Of a stretch of 64,000 nt of DNA, positions 30,449-41,358 are shown one piece after another. This stretch comes from an uncultured Nitrososphaerota archaeon (lineage in GTDB: Archaea; Thermoproteota; Nitrososphaeria; Nitrososphaerales; CADDZS01), in assembly GCA_963799845.1 (NCBI GenBank), contig CAWCYI010000004.1:128001-192000 (forward strand). The letters are read 5' to 3'. The stretch's first letter is position 1. Each line of letters begins with the position of its first letter. The notes below the pieces were generated by a model that did no database searches, was not told where the DNA came from, and saw nothing but the letters and a program-made list of their open reading frames with translations. Position numbers and translations under genes: made by a program.

Positions 30449-32428
30449 TTGCAGACAGTCTTCGATTCCTCAGTCACGAAAAAATACGAGATCGCGAAAT
30501 CGCGCGAATGGATCATCACGAACGGTCTGGGATCATACGCGTCCAGTACAATAATCGGCCTCAATACGCGTGGGTACCACGGACTCCTCGTCGCTTCGCT
30601 CGATCCTCCGATTCGCCGCATTCTGTTTCTGTCAAAGTTCGAGGAGGAAGTCGAAGTCGGCGGGAGAAAATACCTGCTCGCAGTAAACAAGTATCCCGGC
30701 ACGATTTATCCACAGGGGCATCTACACCTGGAGCAGTTCCGCTTTGAGAGGTACCCGGTTTTCGTTTACCGGCTTGGCACCGCGATAATCGAGAAGACAG
30801 TTTTCATGCCTTACGGGGACAACACCACATTGACGACGTACAAAGTAATCGAAAGCGATTCTCCCGTCAAGATCGTAATCTCACCGATAATCAACAACAG
30901 AGATTTTCACGGCCGCACTCACGAAGATCCTCGATGGAATTTTACGCAGTCGATGAATCCGAAGGGAGTCGAGATTAGGGCGTTTACAGGTGCGACAACG
31001 CTCTATCTCCAGTCGGATCTGGCAGCTTATGCGCCGACAGGGATCTGGTACAAAAATTTTGTTTACGAAACTTCTGCGGAGCGTGGAGAGCTGGAAAGTG
31101 AAGACCAGTACAATCCGGGATTTTTCACTACAAAGCTTGATCAGGGGTACCAGGTTTCAATTTTAGCTTCTCTTCGAAACCAGCAGACATTTTCTTCCGA
31201 AGGTCTTCGTTATCGCGAGATGCAGCGGCTTAGAAAACTCACCGAAAGATTGCCGCAGTCCGATTCATTCTTCCTCCAGCTGGCTGACGCTGCAGACACC
31301 TTCCTCGTACGGCGGAAATCTACCGGGACAAGGACTATTGTTGCGGGATATCACTGGTTCGGCGACTGGGGCAGGGACGCGATGATCAGCATACCTGGGC
31401 TGACCGTCGTTACCAAGCGTGAGGACGAGGGCAAAGAGATCATCAAGACATTTCTTTCATATCTGAAAGACGGCCTGATCCCGAACTCCCTGCAAGATAG
31501 CACGAACGAACCGGACTATTCTACCATAGATGCTTCTCTTTGGCTCGTGAACGCCAGCTATTATCTCTACTCTGAAACCGGCTCTTTGGATTTCATCCGC
31601 GAGATATATCCGAAACTTTCTGAAATCATACAATCGTACGTCCACGGGACGAAATATGGAATCAGGATGGACAGTGACGGCCTGATCATGGGCGGCAGCG
31701 AGCAGACCGCGCTCACCTGGATGGACGCGTGGGTGGATGGAAAGCCCGTGACACCTAGATTTGGCAAACCTGTCGAAGTATCCGCGTTGTGGTACAATTC
31801 ACTTAGGGCGATGGAGCGTTTCGCAAAGGACCTCGTAATCGAATCCGACGAAAGTGAGTTCAGGACTCTCGCGGACAAGACGAAAGTTTCTTTCAATGAA
31901 AAGTTCTGGAATCCCGCTAGGGACTCTCTTCACGATGTCCTGCTCGACGGTGATCGTGGCGACGGCAAGACTAGGCCGAACCAGATCTTCGCGCTTGCAC
32001 TGCCATTTCCTGTGCTGAATGAATCCGAGAGGTGGAGGGCGGTGCTTCGCACGATTGAGGCCGAACTCTTGACGCCTGTTGGCCTGCGCTCTCTTTCTCC
32101 ATTTGACCCGAGCTACTGGGGACAGTGCACGGGCGAAGCCAGCGCTAGAGATACCGCGTATCACCAGGGAACGGTCTGGCCGTGGCTTTTTGGTTCCTAC
32201 GTGACAGCGTACCTCAGGGTGTTCCCGCCAGATCCGAGGACGTTGATGTTCGTGCAGCAGCTCTACGCCCCATTCAAGAGGAGAATGACCGAGGCTGGCA
32301 TTGGTACCGTCTCGGAAATCTATGACGGAGATCCGCCGAACCTTTCTCGCGGGTGCATTTCCCAGGCCTGGAGCATAGCGGAGATCTTGTGGTCATACGC
32401 ACGCGACGCAAACCAAAGTCTAGAGTAA
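30449..32428 (+). CDS. Glycogen debranching enzyme (amylo-alpha-1,6-glucosidase)
   Basis: EWIITNGLGSYAS, AGYHWFGDWGRD, TWMDA, RPNQIFA, YHQGTVWPWL, QAWS. Confidence 0.93.
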   Translation: MQTVFDSSVTKKYEIAKSREWIITNGLGSYASSTIIGLNTRGYHGLLVASLDPPIRRILFLSKFEEEVEVGGRKYLLAVNKYPGTIYPQGHLHLEQFRFERYPVFVYRLGTAIIEKTVFMPYGDNTTLTTYKVIESDSPVKIVISPIINNRDFHGRTHEDPRWNFTQSMNPKGVEIRAFTGATTLYLQSDLAAYAPTGIWYKNFVYETSAERGELESEDQYNPGFFTTKLDQGYQVSILASLRNQQTFSSEGLRYREMQRLRKLTERLPQSDSFFLQLADAADTFLVRRKSTGTRTIVAGYHWFGDWGRDAMISIPGLTVVTKREDEGKEIIKTFLSYLKDGLIPNSLQDSTNEPDYSTIDASLWLVNASYYLYSETGSLDFIREIYPKLSEIIQSYVHGTKYGIRMDSDGLIMGGSEQTALTWMDAWVDGKPVTPRFGKPVEVSALWYNSLRAMERFAKDLVIESDESEFRTLADKTKVSFNEKFWNPARDSLHDVLLDGDRGDGKTRPNQIFALALPFPVLNESERWRAVLRTIEAELLTPVGLRSLSPFDPSYWGQCTGEASARDTAYHQGTVWPWLFGSYVTAYLRVFPPDPRTLMFVQQLYAPFKRRMTEAGIGTVSEIYDGDPPNLSRGCISQAWSIAEILWSYARDANQSLE

Positions 32429-32489
32429 TTCTGGAATACTTCTATCCACTTTTATAATCCGCAAAAATTGTGGGTGGCCGTTTAGAATT

Positions 32490-33374
32490 TTGTCGGACTG
32501 GACAGTTGCAGCCGGCCCAGCTTCGCTAGACATCGCGACAAACCTATCTGCCAAGCTCGGCGCGAAGCTGCTCACGATTGAAGTCACGGATTTTCCCGAC
32601 GGCGAATCCAAGATTCGCGTCGGAGATGACGTCCGCAACAGGCGAGTGATCGTCGTGCAGAGCACGTACCCGCCCGTTGACAAACACCTGATGCAGCTTT
32701 TGGTTCTCTGCCACAAATTGAGCGAGGATGGAGCTGACGTATTCTGCGCAGTCCCATATTTGGGATATGCGAGACAGGACAGGGAATTTCTCAGTGGCGA
32801 AGTTGTCACGATGGGGGTGATCGCTCGCTTGATGCGCTCAGTCGGTATCAAGAGGCTAGTCACGGTTGACATCCACAGCGCGAAGGCCCTCGGTCTGTTT
32901 TCGTTCCCAGTTTACAGTACTTCGTCCATTCCATTACTCGCAGAGTACATCGGCAAGAATTTTGATCTCCATAAACCGATCGCGGTTTCTCCCGATTTTG
33001 GGAGCAGCACGCGTGTTGAAGCCTTTTCGGCAGTTCTCAAGTGCGAGCATATATCGTTCAAGAAAAGTAGAGATCGAAAGACTGGAGAGGTCTCGACGGA
33101 AGAGCAGAGTCTCGATCTGAAGGGCAGAGATGCGATCATCATCGATGACATGATATCGACAGGCGCCAGCGTCGCGAAAGCCGCCAATTTGCTGAAGAAA
33201 TATGGAGCTTCCAGGATTATTGCCGCTTGTGCCCACGCAATCCTGATCAATGGAGCCGATGATAGGATTATGAGCGCGGGAGTTGACGATCTGATCGCCA
33301 CGAATACTGTGCCGAGCAAGTACAGTAAGGTCGATGTTTCGCCGCTACTTGCGTCACACTTTGAAATGCTCTAA
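32490..33374 (+). CDS. prs: Ribose-phosphate pyrophosphokinase
   Basis: FPDGE, PYLGYARQD, DIH, SPDFG, IIDDMISTG. Confidence 0.95.
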   Translation: MSDWTVAAGPASLDIATNLSAKLGAKLLTIEVTDFPDGESKIRVGDDVRNRRVIVVQSTYPPVDKHLMQLLVLCHKLSEDGADVFCAVPYLGYARQDREFLSGEVVTMGVIARLMRSVGIKRLVTVDIHSAKALGLFSFPVYSTSSIPLLAEYIGKNFDLHKPIAVSPDFGSSTRVEAFSAVLKCEHISFKKSRDRKTGEVSTEEQSLDLKGRDAIIIDDMISTGASVAKAANLLKKYGASRIIAACAHAILINGADDRIMSAGVDDLIATNTVPSKYSKVDVSPLLASHFEML

Positions 33375-33406
33375 CTCGGTGCGTTCTTTCAAACGAGTCT
33401 ATTGTC

Positions 33407-34423
33407 TTGACCGGCTCTATGTTTGTTCTTTCCGGCGAAGAGCTCAGCTTTCCGTCGGCAGAGATTCGAGCGCTAGTTGAAACTTATTCAGATTCTAAAT
33501 GCGAGAATCTCAATTCCCGAGTAATTCAATCCAGCTTGAGCGATCCTGAGCTAATTTCAAAAGTCTCCGAAAGAGCGGCCTACTGTCGGTTCGGAGGGAA
33601 GTTTATTTCGCGAGGAGAAAATATCGCCGATCTCGCCGAAGATATTTCGAGCTCTTCAATAGATTCAGGAAGGTCTTTCGTCGTTGACAGCGAGTCTCTC
33701 GATCGCTCGATAGAGGGAGAACTCGGCGCCCTGATCAAGCAAAAGACGGGAGCCAGGGTTTCGCTGGAGAATCCTGATAATGTCTTCCAGCTGGAGAAGA
33801 TTGAAAAGGAATTTGTTCTTGGATTGTCCAAAACCGGTTTCAAGAAGTTCAGATGGAGACAACGGAGGCCACGAGCGAGAAAGTTTTTCCTTCCTTCAGC
33901 AATATATCCGAAACTTGCCAGACTCCTCGTGAACCTGTCGAGGGTAAGGGAGGGCCAGTATTTTCTCGATCCATTCTGCGGGACCGGGAGCCTGCTTATA
34001 GAAAGTAGCATAATGGGGATGAAGACGATGGGTTTTGATTTGACGAGGTGGATAGCGCGGGGGGCAAAACTAAACCTGAAGGGCTTTTCTCTGGATTTTG
34101 AGAGCATTATGCGCTGCGATTCGACCTGGCCCAATCTTCCCTTGACCAAGATCGACGGAATTTCAACCGACGTTCCTTACGGCCGGGCATCGTCAACAAA
34201 GGGAAAAGACACCGAGACGATAATCAGGGAGTTTACGACGGCGGTTGCGAACCTCGTGTCTGCGGGAGGAGAGCGGAAATGGCCAATTTACTGTGTATTG
34301 ATGCACCCTCAAAAAGTCAATTTTGACTACGACAGATCCGTTTTTGAACTCGCGGAGCAGCACTTACTATACGTCCACAGGAATTTAACTAGGGCGATCA
34401 GCATACTAAGGAGCAAGAGTTAG
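33407..34423 (+). CDS. THUMP-domain tRNA m2G10 methyltransferase (Trm11/TrmG10-like)
   Basis: LARLLVNL, LDPFCGTGS, TDVPYGR, VHRNLTR. Confidence 0.85.
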   Translation: MTGSMFVLSGEELSFPSAEIRALVETYSDSKCENLNSRVIQSSLSDPELISKVSERAAYCRFGGKFISRGENIADLAEDISSSSIDSGRSFVVDSESLDRSIEGELGALIKQKTGARVSLENPDNVFQLEKIEKEFVLGLSKTGFKKFRWRQRRPRARKFFLPSAIYPKLARLLVNLSRVREGQYFLDPFCGTGSLLIESSIMGMKTMGFDLTRWIARGAKLNLKGFSLDFESIMRCDSTWPNLPLTKIDGISTDVPYGRASSTKGKDTETIIREFTTAVANLVSAGGERKWPIYCVLMHPQKVNFDYDRSVFELAEQHLLYVHRNLTRAISILRSKS

Positions 34424-35356
34424 ATGGCGTCGGATTTCAATATCCATTTTTTTGGGACCTCTTCAGCAGTTCCGACTAAAGAGCGCGGTCTCTCGTGCCT
34501 CGCCGTCGTTTACGAGAACTCGATGGCTTTTTTTGACTGTGGCGAGGGCAGCCAGAGATCTGTTATCAACGCTGGTATGGGGTTCAATAAGGACTGCAAC
34601 ATCTTCATCTCGCATATGCACGGAGACCATGTCGTCGGTATGCTCGGAATTTTACAGACGATGGCGATGAACCGGAGGGAAAAGTCCGTCGGAGTATTCG
34701 GCCCCAAAGGTATCATCAAGTTTATCAGATCAAACCAGGGCATACTACACTTTGGTCTGACATTCGACGTTCTGGCGAGAGAAGTCAAGCCAGGTTTAAT
34801 CTTCGACGAGAAGAATTCAAAGTACCGCGTCTACGCGCAGAAATCCCAGCACTCTGCTCCTTCATTCGCATACATTTTCGAGGAGAAAGAGAAACCGGGT
34901 AGATTTCATCCCGAGAAAGCCCTGAAACTGGGGATTCCGGAAGGACCACTCTGGTCAAAGCTCCAGCACGGTGAATCCGTCACATCGCCAAAGACAGGCA
35001 AGATTGTAAAGCCGGAGCAGGTTGTGGAAAAACAGAGGAAAGGAAAAAGAATCGGAATTTCCGGCGATACTCGACCCACCAATTTGCTTGAACAATTCTT
35101 CAAAGGTTGCGACGTCTTGATCTTTGATTCGACGTACTCTGACGCGCATCGGGCAAATGCCCTGGAGAACTTGCACTCAACATCTCGCGAGGCGGCAACA
35201 CTTGCCAAGAAAGCGAGAGCCGGGAAGTTAATCCTGACGCATTTTAGCGCAAGGTACAGAAGCGTATCGCAGCTGGTTAGACAGGCGCGAGAAGCTTTTC
35301 CGAACACGATTGCGGCGAAAGATTCTCTTGTCTACGATGTTGCAGATCCTTCGTAA
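34424..35356 (+). CDS. rnz: Ribonuclease Z
   Basis: GTSSAVPT, DCGEG, SHMHGDH, exosite GIPEGP, GDTRP, HST, THFSARY. Confidence 0.95.
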   Translation: MASDFNIHFFGTSSAVPTKERGLSCLAVVYENSMAFFDCGEGSQRSVINAGMGFNKDCNIFISHMHGDHVVGMLGILQTMAMNRREKSVGVFGPKGIIKFIRSNQGILHFGLTFDVLAREVKPGLIFDEKNSKYRVYAQKSQHSAPSFAYIFEEKEKPGRFHPEKALKLGIPEGPLWSKLQHGESVTSPKTGKIVKPEQVVEKQRKGKRIGISGDTRPTNLLEQFFKGCDVLIFDSTYSDAHRANALENLHSTSREAATLAKKARAGKLILTHFSARYRSVSQLVRQAREAFPNTIAAKDSLVYDVADPS

Positions 35357-35766
35357 CCGAAAGTCAGCCAATCAATGACTTGCTGAAGCTCGTTTGATCT
35401 TATTCGCGCGACGATGGGGCCGAGGGCCGACTCCCGGGGATCATCGCAGAGCGCGCCGATTCCAACCGTTGCTGCCTGCTTGTTCAACATGAAATATGTC
35501 TGAAGTGATCCTTGTTCCTGGTTTTTGAACAACAGGCGTCGAGCAGTTGCCCTGACCCTTCTGTCCCGAAACTGATCTTTGAGATAGCGCAGAGTTTCCA
35601 GATCCGAAGAGACGAGCATCACGCGGTCGTCTTCTACTCGGAGCTCTCCCTTGCCTCCAAACAAATTCCGGACGGCGTTCGCAACCTTGTCTTTCGATTC
35701 GGTTTTCTTGATCTCTGCTTCGGCGACGATCTCGACTTCAATTCTGTGCCAAGTTTCCTGCGTCAA
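35332..35766 (-). CDS. DUF54/UPF0201 RNA-binding protein
   Basis: TESKDKV..AVRNLF, LNKQAATVG, ESALGPI. Confidence 0.85.
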   Translation of the reverse strand: MTQETWHRIEVEIVAEAEIKKTESKDKVANAVRNLFGGKGELRVEDDRVMLVSSDLETLRYLKDQFRDRRVRATARRLLFKNQEQGSLQTYFMLNKQAATVGIGALCDDPRESALGPIVARIRSNELQQVIDWLTFGYEGSATS

Positions 35767-35783
35767 GTGGTGACACTGATAAA

Positions 35784-36417
35784 CTAATTTTCAGAATTGA
35801 ATTTTTTCTTCAGGTCGGTCAGAAGATTTGAAACGTCTTTTTTCAGGTCCTCTACCGAGCCGTTGTTGATTATCACCTCGTCAGCTGAAGGCGATCGATT
35901 CCCCGATACCCACGGAGAGCTCCCTCCTGTCCCTTGCTTCAAACGATTGGAAGCTTGCAGGAGAATCAGCGCGGGCTCTCGCCTGCAAAAATTTGAACCT
36001 CCGCTCCGGCGAGGCGTGGATCGAAACAAGGACGGCCTTCCCCAGTTTCTTGAATTCAAGGTATTCGTTCACATTTCTGATCCCGTCGATGAGTACAAAG
36101 TTCGACTTTGATTCCCTCTCGATTCTCTGCTTGCTCAGGTGGGCGATTGCAACCGGACCCCCGCTCTGCCTCAATTGAAGCATGACAGCGCCGAGGTTCT
36201 CGTCCGTTGGAGCCAGCTTTCTCCGTTCCGCCTCCATCCTCACGTCGTCGCCCATCCTGTATACCTCGAAACCCATCATGGTAGAAACTTCCGCAGCTGT
36301 CGATTTTCCGGCGCCGGGCATGCCCGTTATGCAGATAACTAATCTGGTCTGCTTTGTTCCGGGTTCCGCTGGATTCGAAACTCCCTGTTCATGATTTACA
36401 GTTGCTGTCATTGTCAA
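35784..36417 (-). CDS. Dephospho-CoA kinase-like P-loop kinase, UPF0200 (frameshift near 35885)
   Basis: TGMPGAGKST, MGDDVR, IDGIR, RDRREL..GIG, then ADEVIINNGS in a second frame. Confidence 0.85.
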
Positions 36418-36558
36418 TTTTTCAATAGCCTCGCCTTGGCCACTCCGAAAGGAGATGGCAAGTGCTTCCGGCCACCGAATGTGACTCGCTCGCCTAATAT
36501 TTGTTACGAAGCGGTTCAGCGCGAGCGGGAAAGAATTTCAAGTAGAAATAACAGTCGG

Positions 36559-37134
36559 ATGATTAGACTGTTGTTGAGGGCCTTCCTTTCCTATGATATT
36601 TCAGATCCGACATTTCTTGAAAAAGTCGGACAGCTACAGAGCGGATTAAAGCGCACGGGAGCTGATCTGAAATTCGTAAATCCTGACATCATGCACTTTA
36701 CGATAAGATTTCTCGGAGAGATCGAAGAGCCAGACAAGAACCAGATCGTCGATACTTTGAGGGGCAGGGTGGAAAACTTTGAACTTGACCTTGCGTTCAA
36801 GGGTGTGGGCTCGTTTCCGGATGAAAGAAGAATTTCAGTTATTTGGATTGGAATTGATCCTGCTTCGGCCGCGATTCTGGAAAAGCAGGCGAATGAAATC
36901 AACAAGTTGTTGCTCAATGTTCCATTGCTGAAAAATGAAAAACTGCAGGAATTCAGCCCGCACGTAACTATTGCTAGAGTTCGATCCGGAAGAAACAAGG
37001 AGGATCTCCAAAATTTCCTACGTGCGCACAAGCACGACGAGTTTGGCAGTTCCAGAATCAAACACTTGCGATTGAAGCTTTCCCAGCTCACTCCAGCTGG
37101 ACCAGAGTATACCGACCTGCACGTGTTTGAATGA
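36559..37134 (+). CDS. thpR: RNA 2',3'-cyclic phosphodiesterase (2H family)
   Basis: RAFLS, two HxT motifs (HFTIRFLG, PHVTIARV), SQLTPAGPEY. Confidence 0.92.
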   Translation: MIRLLLRAFLSYDISDPTFLEKVGQLQSGLKRTGADLKFVNPDIMHFTIRFLGEIEEPDKNQIVDTLRGRVENFELDLAFKGVGSFPDERRISVIWIGIDPASAAILEKQANEINKLLLNVPLLKNEKLQEFSPHVTIARVRSGRNKEDLQNFLRAHKHDEFGSSRIKHLRLKLSQLTPAGPEYTDLHVFE

Positions 37135-38537
37135 AGATTGGCGAATCGTAGTGCCTGCTTCGCTTGACAGAATAATTTTACGAGCGTCGAAACTGGTTAC
37201 TCCGACCAAATCCGAGGAGAAAAAGTCTGCAGGAAGTTGTGGCGAAAGTTGCCTCTCTACTCAACGAGACTCTCGACAAAGAGAATGCCGATCCGAGACC
37301 CGAGATTACTCTGGGAGGCTCTTACGCGAGAGGGACATGGCTCAAGGGCAGCCACGACATTGATTTCTTCCTTCTATATCCTGTCGATTTTCCCAGGGAG
37401 AGGCTAGAATCGGTTGCGATAAGATCAGCAACGGATTCGATGGCTGGTTACACTGTCAATATGCGGTACGCAGAGCACCCCTACGTTGAATCCTTCGTTG
37501 ACGGCATCCGGGTGAACATCGTACCTTGCTATGCAGTAGCTCCGGGGCAGTGGCGCAGTTCGGCAGATCGTTCTCCCTACCACACGAAATACATTGCTTC
37601 GAAGTTGGACGAGCGACTGCGACTGGAAACGAGGTTGTTCAAAAAGTTCGTAAAGTCTGCGCAAGTCTATGGGGCCGAAGTGAAGATCCAGGGTTTCAGC
37701 GGTTATGTTTGCGAGGTTCTCACGTTGAAGTTTGGGTCTTTTGTGAATACGCTCCAAGGTCTTGCTAAGCTCAAACCCAAAGAAGTGATATCTCTCGAAA
37801 ATTTCGACAAACAGTTTGCAGCCTCTTTTGACAGCGCTTTGGTCATTCTCGATCCCGTTGACACCACGCGTAATCTCGGGACTGCAATCTCTGCGCGAAA
37901 TGTTGGAAAGCTGGTTCTTCAATCGCGGAGATTTTTAGCAGGACCGAAGTTGTCGTATTTCCTGCCGCAAAAGTCGAAGAGTGTTTCACTAAATGCGAAA
38001 TCAAGGCAGCTAATTTCCAGAATCTTGATCATATCTTTCAGGAATGAAAAAAGAAGTCCCGACATCCTTTGGGGGCAGTTGAGACGGAGTGCTTCTTCAA
38101 TTTCAGACAAGCTCACGAGAATGGGATTCCAGGTCTTGAGGACCAGCGCTGCTTCTGAGGAGGAAAATAATTCTGCGTTACTGTTCTTGCTGGCGGATGA
38201 AAAGCTTGGTGCGCTATACGTGAGGGAGGGACCAGAATATTTCAGGGAGGACGAAGTTACGAAATACTATGCAAAGAATCGATCAAAATCTTTCGCTACA
38301 TGGATAGGAAGCGAGGGGAGACTCGAATCGGTCTTTGAGAGGGATAGCCGGGTGATGGATGCGACAAGCGCCCTGAAATCGATGCTGTCGAAAAGCAACA
38401 TCGACTCCATCGGCTTATCCGAAGAAATTAAGATCGAGATTAGACATAGTCACAAAATAATCAGAGGAATTATTCCGAAGAATAAGTCAATGGAATGGCT
38501 GGCGAACGAAGTCGCCGAACTGGTATCGAGCGATTAG
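37127..38537 (+). CDS. cca: CCA-adding enzyme, class I (frameshift near 37222)
   Basis: GGSYARGTWL..HDIDFF, YAEHPY, DRSPYH, YGAE..GFSGY.CE, DPVD..RN. Confidence 0.93.
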
Positions 38538-39364
38538 GGCGAATCACCTTGTTGGAACTTCGGAAGATCAAGCCAGACGACAAGAGTGTCATCGTAAGAC
38601 CGCGCGAACTCAGAAAGAAGGAGCACGGGGCTGTTCTGTGCTACCCCGGGACCGATCTTTCGAGCTTTGAATCCAGGGTGAAACAGCTCAAAGAACTGGA
38701 AGTCGAGCATCTGATTCTGGAAGGGGATTCTAAAGTTGGGAAGTATGGAATCGTTGGCAGGGGCTGCGTCAGCATCGTCGTAAAATCGAAGATAAAATCC
38801 GAACTAGAAATTGTCGCGCTGAAAATAAGGCGCGCCGACGCCAACAGATCAGATATGAGTCGAGATTTCGATCTGCAGAAGTACGCAAATTCGTTCGGAG
38901 TCGGGCCCAGAGCGATTTCTGCATCAAAAGATCTGTTCGCGATGGAATTTATCGAGTCAACCAAACTGGGAAAATGGTTTCAGGTGTTAAAGACGAGAAC
39001 TTCAAAAAAATACACTCGGGCGCTGATTCGAGACGTTTTGACACAGTGCTGTCTCTTGGATATCAACGGGCTGGATCACGGAGAGCTCAGCAATCCTACG
39101 AAGCATGTGCTGATCTGGGGTAGTGAAAAACCAAAGACTACTCTAATCGATTACGAGTCTGCGAGCCGAAACAGAAAAATCTCGAACGTCACAGCCGTGG
39201 CTCAATTCTTTTTTCTCGGCGGGTGGCAGAGCACAAAGATCAGAAAAATACTCGGAATGGAAAAAGGCTTTTCCAAAGAAGAATACATTAGAAAACTCCG
39301 ACAGTACAAAGCAATACCTACGATGGAATCTTTGGAAGAATTGCTTTCATTTGTCCACTGTTAA
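38495..39364 (+). CDS. RIO-like/atypical Ser/Thr protein kinase
   Basis: GRGCVSIV, ALKIRRAD, GLDHGELS, IDYESAS. Confidence 0.85.
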   Translation: MAGERSRRTGIERLGRITLLELRKIKPDDKSVIVRPRELRKKEHGAVLCYPGTDLSSFESRVKQLKELEVEHLILEGDSKVGKYGIVGRGCVSIVVKSKIKSELEIVALKIRRADANRSDMSRDFDLQKYANSFGVGPRAISASKDLFAMEFIESTKLGKWFQVLKTRTSKKYTRALIRDVLTQCCLLDINGLDHGELSNPTKHVLIWGSEKPKTTLIDYESASRNRKISNVTAVAQFFFLGGWQSTKIRKILGMEKGFSKEEYIRKLRQYKAIPTMESLEELLSFVHC

Positions 39365-39415
39365 ACAAAGCATTAAAACCGCAAGTCAGATTTGGAGTTT
39401 GTTATTCCTGGGTTC

Positions 39416-39567
39416 GGGGTCGTCGTCCAGCTTGGTTTAGGATCTCTCTAGAGCTAAATTACCACCCTGGGGAGCTGGCAAGTTTACTTGCCGGTAACAC
39501 GGAACGGTGGCGAGGCACTTTCACCGTGCTCCACAAATCGCCGGTTCAAATCCGGCCGACCCCACCA
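39416..39567 (+). tRNA. tRNA-Pro(GGG) with three introns (39443-39459 at 24/25; 39473-39504 at 37/38; 39513-39536 at 45/46), CCA encoded
   Basis: Spliced product GGGGTCG TC GTCC AGCTTGGTTTA GGAT A CCACC CT GGG GC GGTGG CGATC GCCGG TTCAAAT CCGGC CGACCCC ACCA; BHB motifs visible. Confidence 0.92.
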
Positions 39568-39920
39568 TTTTTACGCTGCATACATAGACCCCCTTTTTTT
39601 CGCCAAAAGTAATAGCAGGAATGGGTGGTTGTGGAAGTTTGTGCCAACGCCCTAAATCGGGCTAAATTAGTGCTAAAGAGGCGCAGGCGAGCTTTTTTCC
39701 TTTTTGTGAAAAGAAGCGAAATCGACCTTTCGGGGGTGATGGAGGGAGGGTTGAGACTTTTTCCTTTTTGAGAATCAATAGAAATTGCATCTGGTGTCGA
39801 AAATTGGTCCTGATTGATGTTGGCGCCGGCCGTTTCTCCATTTGATGTCGTTCAGCTTTTGCATGAAACAAACATGTTTATTGCTAATTGCAAGGATTGG
39901 GGAAACAATCTGGATTGAAG

Positions 39921-41358
39921 ATGGCTCTAAGCAAACAGCTGACGGAATATCTGCCACTTTGGTCCGAAAGCCCTGGCCGCGGTGGGGAGTCAGAGGATCC
40001 ACTCGGTTTTCAGCGGCAATCCGAATATTGGGCGAACAAGTTCCTCCCAGGATTGACCGTGCTCACGATTACTCCTCGTTACTACTCTTTCATTTGTTGG
40101 TGCACTGATATAATTACCAGGGAATTTGCGGATTCCAATCAATATCGAGGAGAGATAACATGGCAGGAGTTTCAAGAATCCTTTAATCGATTTGAGCGAC
40201 TGCTAGCTGATATCCGAAGCGGCGTTTCACTCGGATGAAAAACCGATAAAATGCGGCTTCATAGGGAAACGCAGGGCCCCAAGAATTTACAAAAAGATGC
40301 GAGGGTACGGAACTCTAGATTTTTCGATTTTAGATCAGCAAGACAATACCGGCTCTCTCGCCAGATACAAGACCTCGCTGATTGATTTGAACCTATTTCG
40401 GCCCGATCAAATTGGTCTTACCGATAAGGGGGCGGAACTCGCTAAGGCATTTGAAGCCCAAATCGGTCAAGCCAAAACTCGATCTATTCATTATTGCATA
40501 GAGAAAAGAAATGTGAAAAAAACTCAGTTGTGGCATATTGGTTCGAAGTTTTGCTTGTCTCAGATCTCTAATGCAGAATGTAGAGAGATCGCAAACGCAT
40601 TATTTGGAAGAAGATACGACCGCGAGGAGGCGAGGGCCAGGAGATCGACTCTTCTCGCTTTAGACAAAGACGAAGATAGCGAATACAGTTTGTTATCTCA
40701 CTGCTATTCGCGACCTCGCAAAAGTGACATTGGAAACGATCTCGGGAACGTTCAGTTTATGCAGTTCTTCTTCATCGCTTCACTTACGATTTTTAACTGC
40801 CTATTGTTGTATAAAGAGCCTAACAGTACTTTCAAGATTTCCGGCTTCGTACAAGATTTTCTCGCGCATTCTTCATTTCCTGTCGAAGAAAATCTGAAAG
40901 ATCTCATCCCGACAATCAAAGGTAAAGAAATTAGGATTTCAGGGAAGATAGCAAAATGTAATGGAAAAAAGTACCCTGAATTGTATCAAGGACTAGATCT
41001 TGCAACTAACTTAGCTCTCTTAATTGCAGGGAGGAAAAGGGAAGGCCTTTCGAAACTTGAAAATAAAAATCTAATCTGCTATAGTTTTGTAAAATTCTCG
41101 TATTTGGTATCCAGCAACCTGAGTAACGGTCTGAGAGAATTCATGCAAGCGCTAATAATAGATCTCGTCAATTGGCACATTCTTGTGTTTGACTCTAAAC
41201 AGACTCAACCGTGGATAGAGTTTGGCGATCCCGATAGATCTATTCTCGTAACTAGGTTCCAAAAAGATGAGACCTTTTTTCTTAATCTAAATCCATACAG
41301 TGTAAGAATTAATGCGGCTTTGAGCCTACTTGGAGGGTTGGGTAGGTATGCAAAGTAG
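39921..41358 (+). CDS. DUF6361-like protein of PLD/helicase defence operons (frameshift near 40210)
   Basis: DPLGF..NKFLPGLTVLTITPRYYSFICW motif; ORFs 39921 and 40297 join. Confidence 0.6.

Noticed and set aside
37215-37240. Programmed frameshift in cca
   Set aside because: It needs +1 at a short A-run with no full slippery heptamer; many similar indels occur in the window
39568-39920. Integrase or attL/attR duplicate of the tRNA-Pro 3' end
   Set aside because: None found by eye in the window; may lie beyond base 64000
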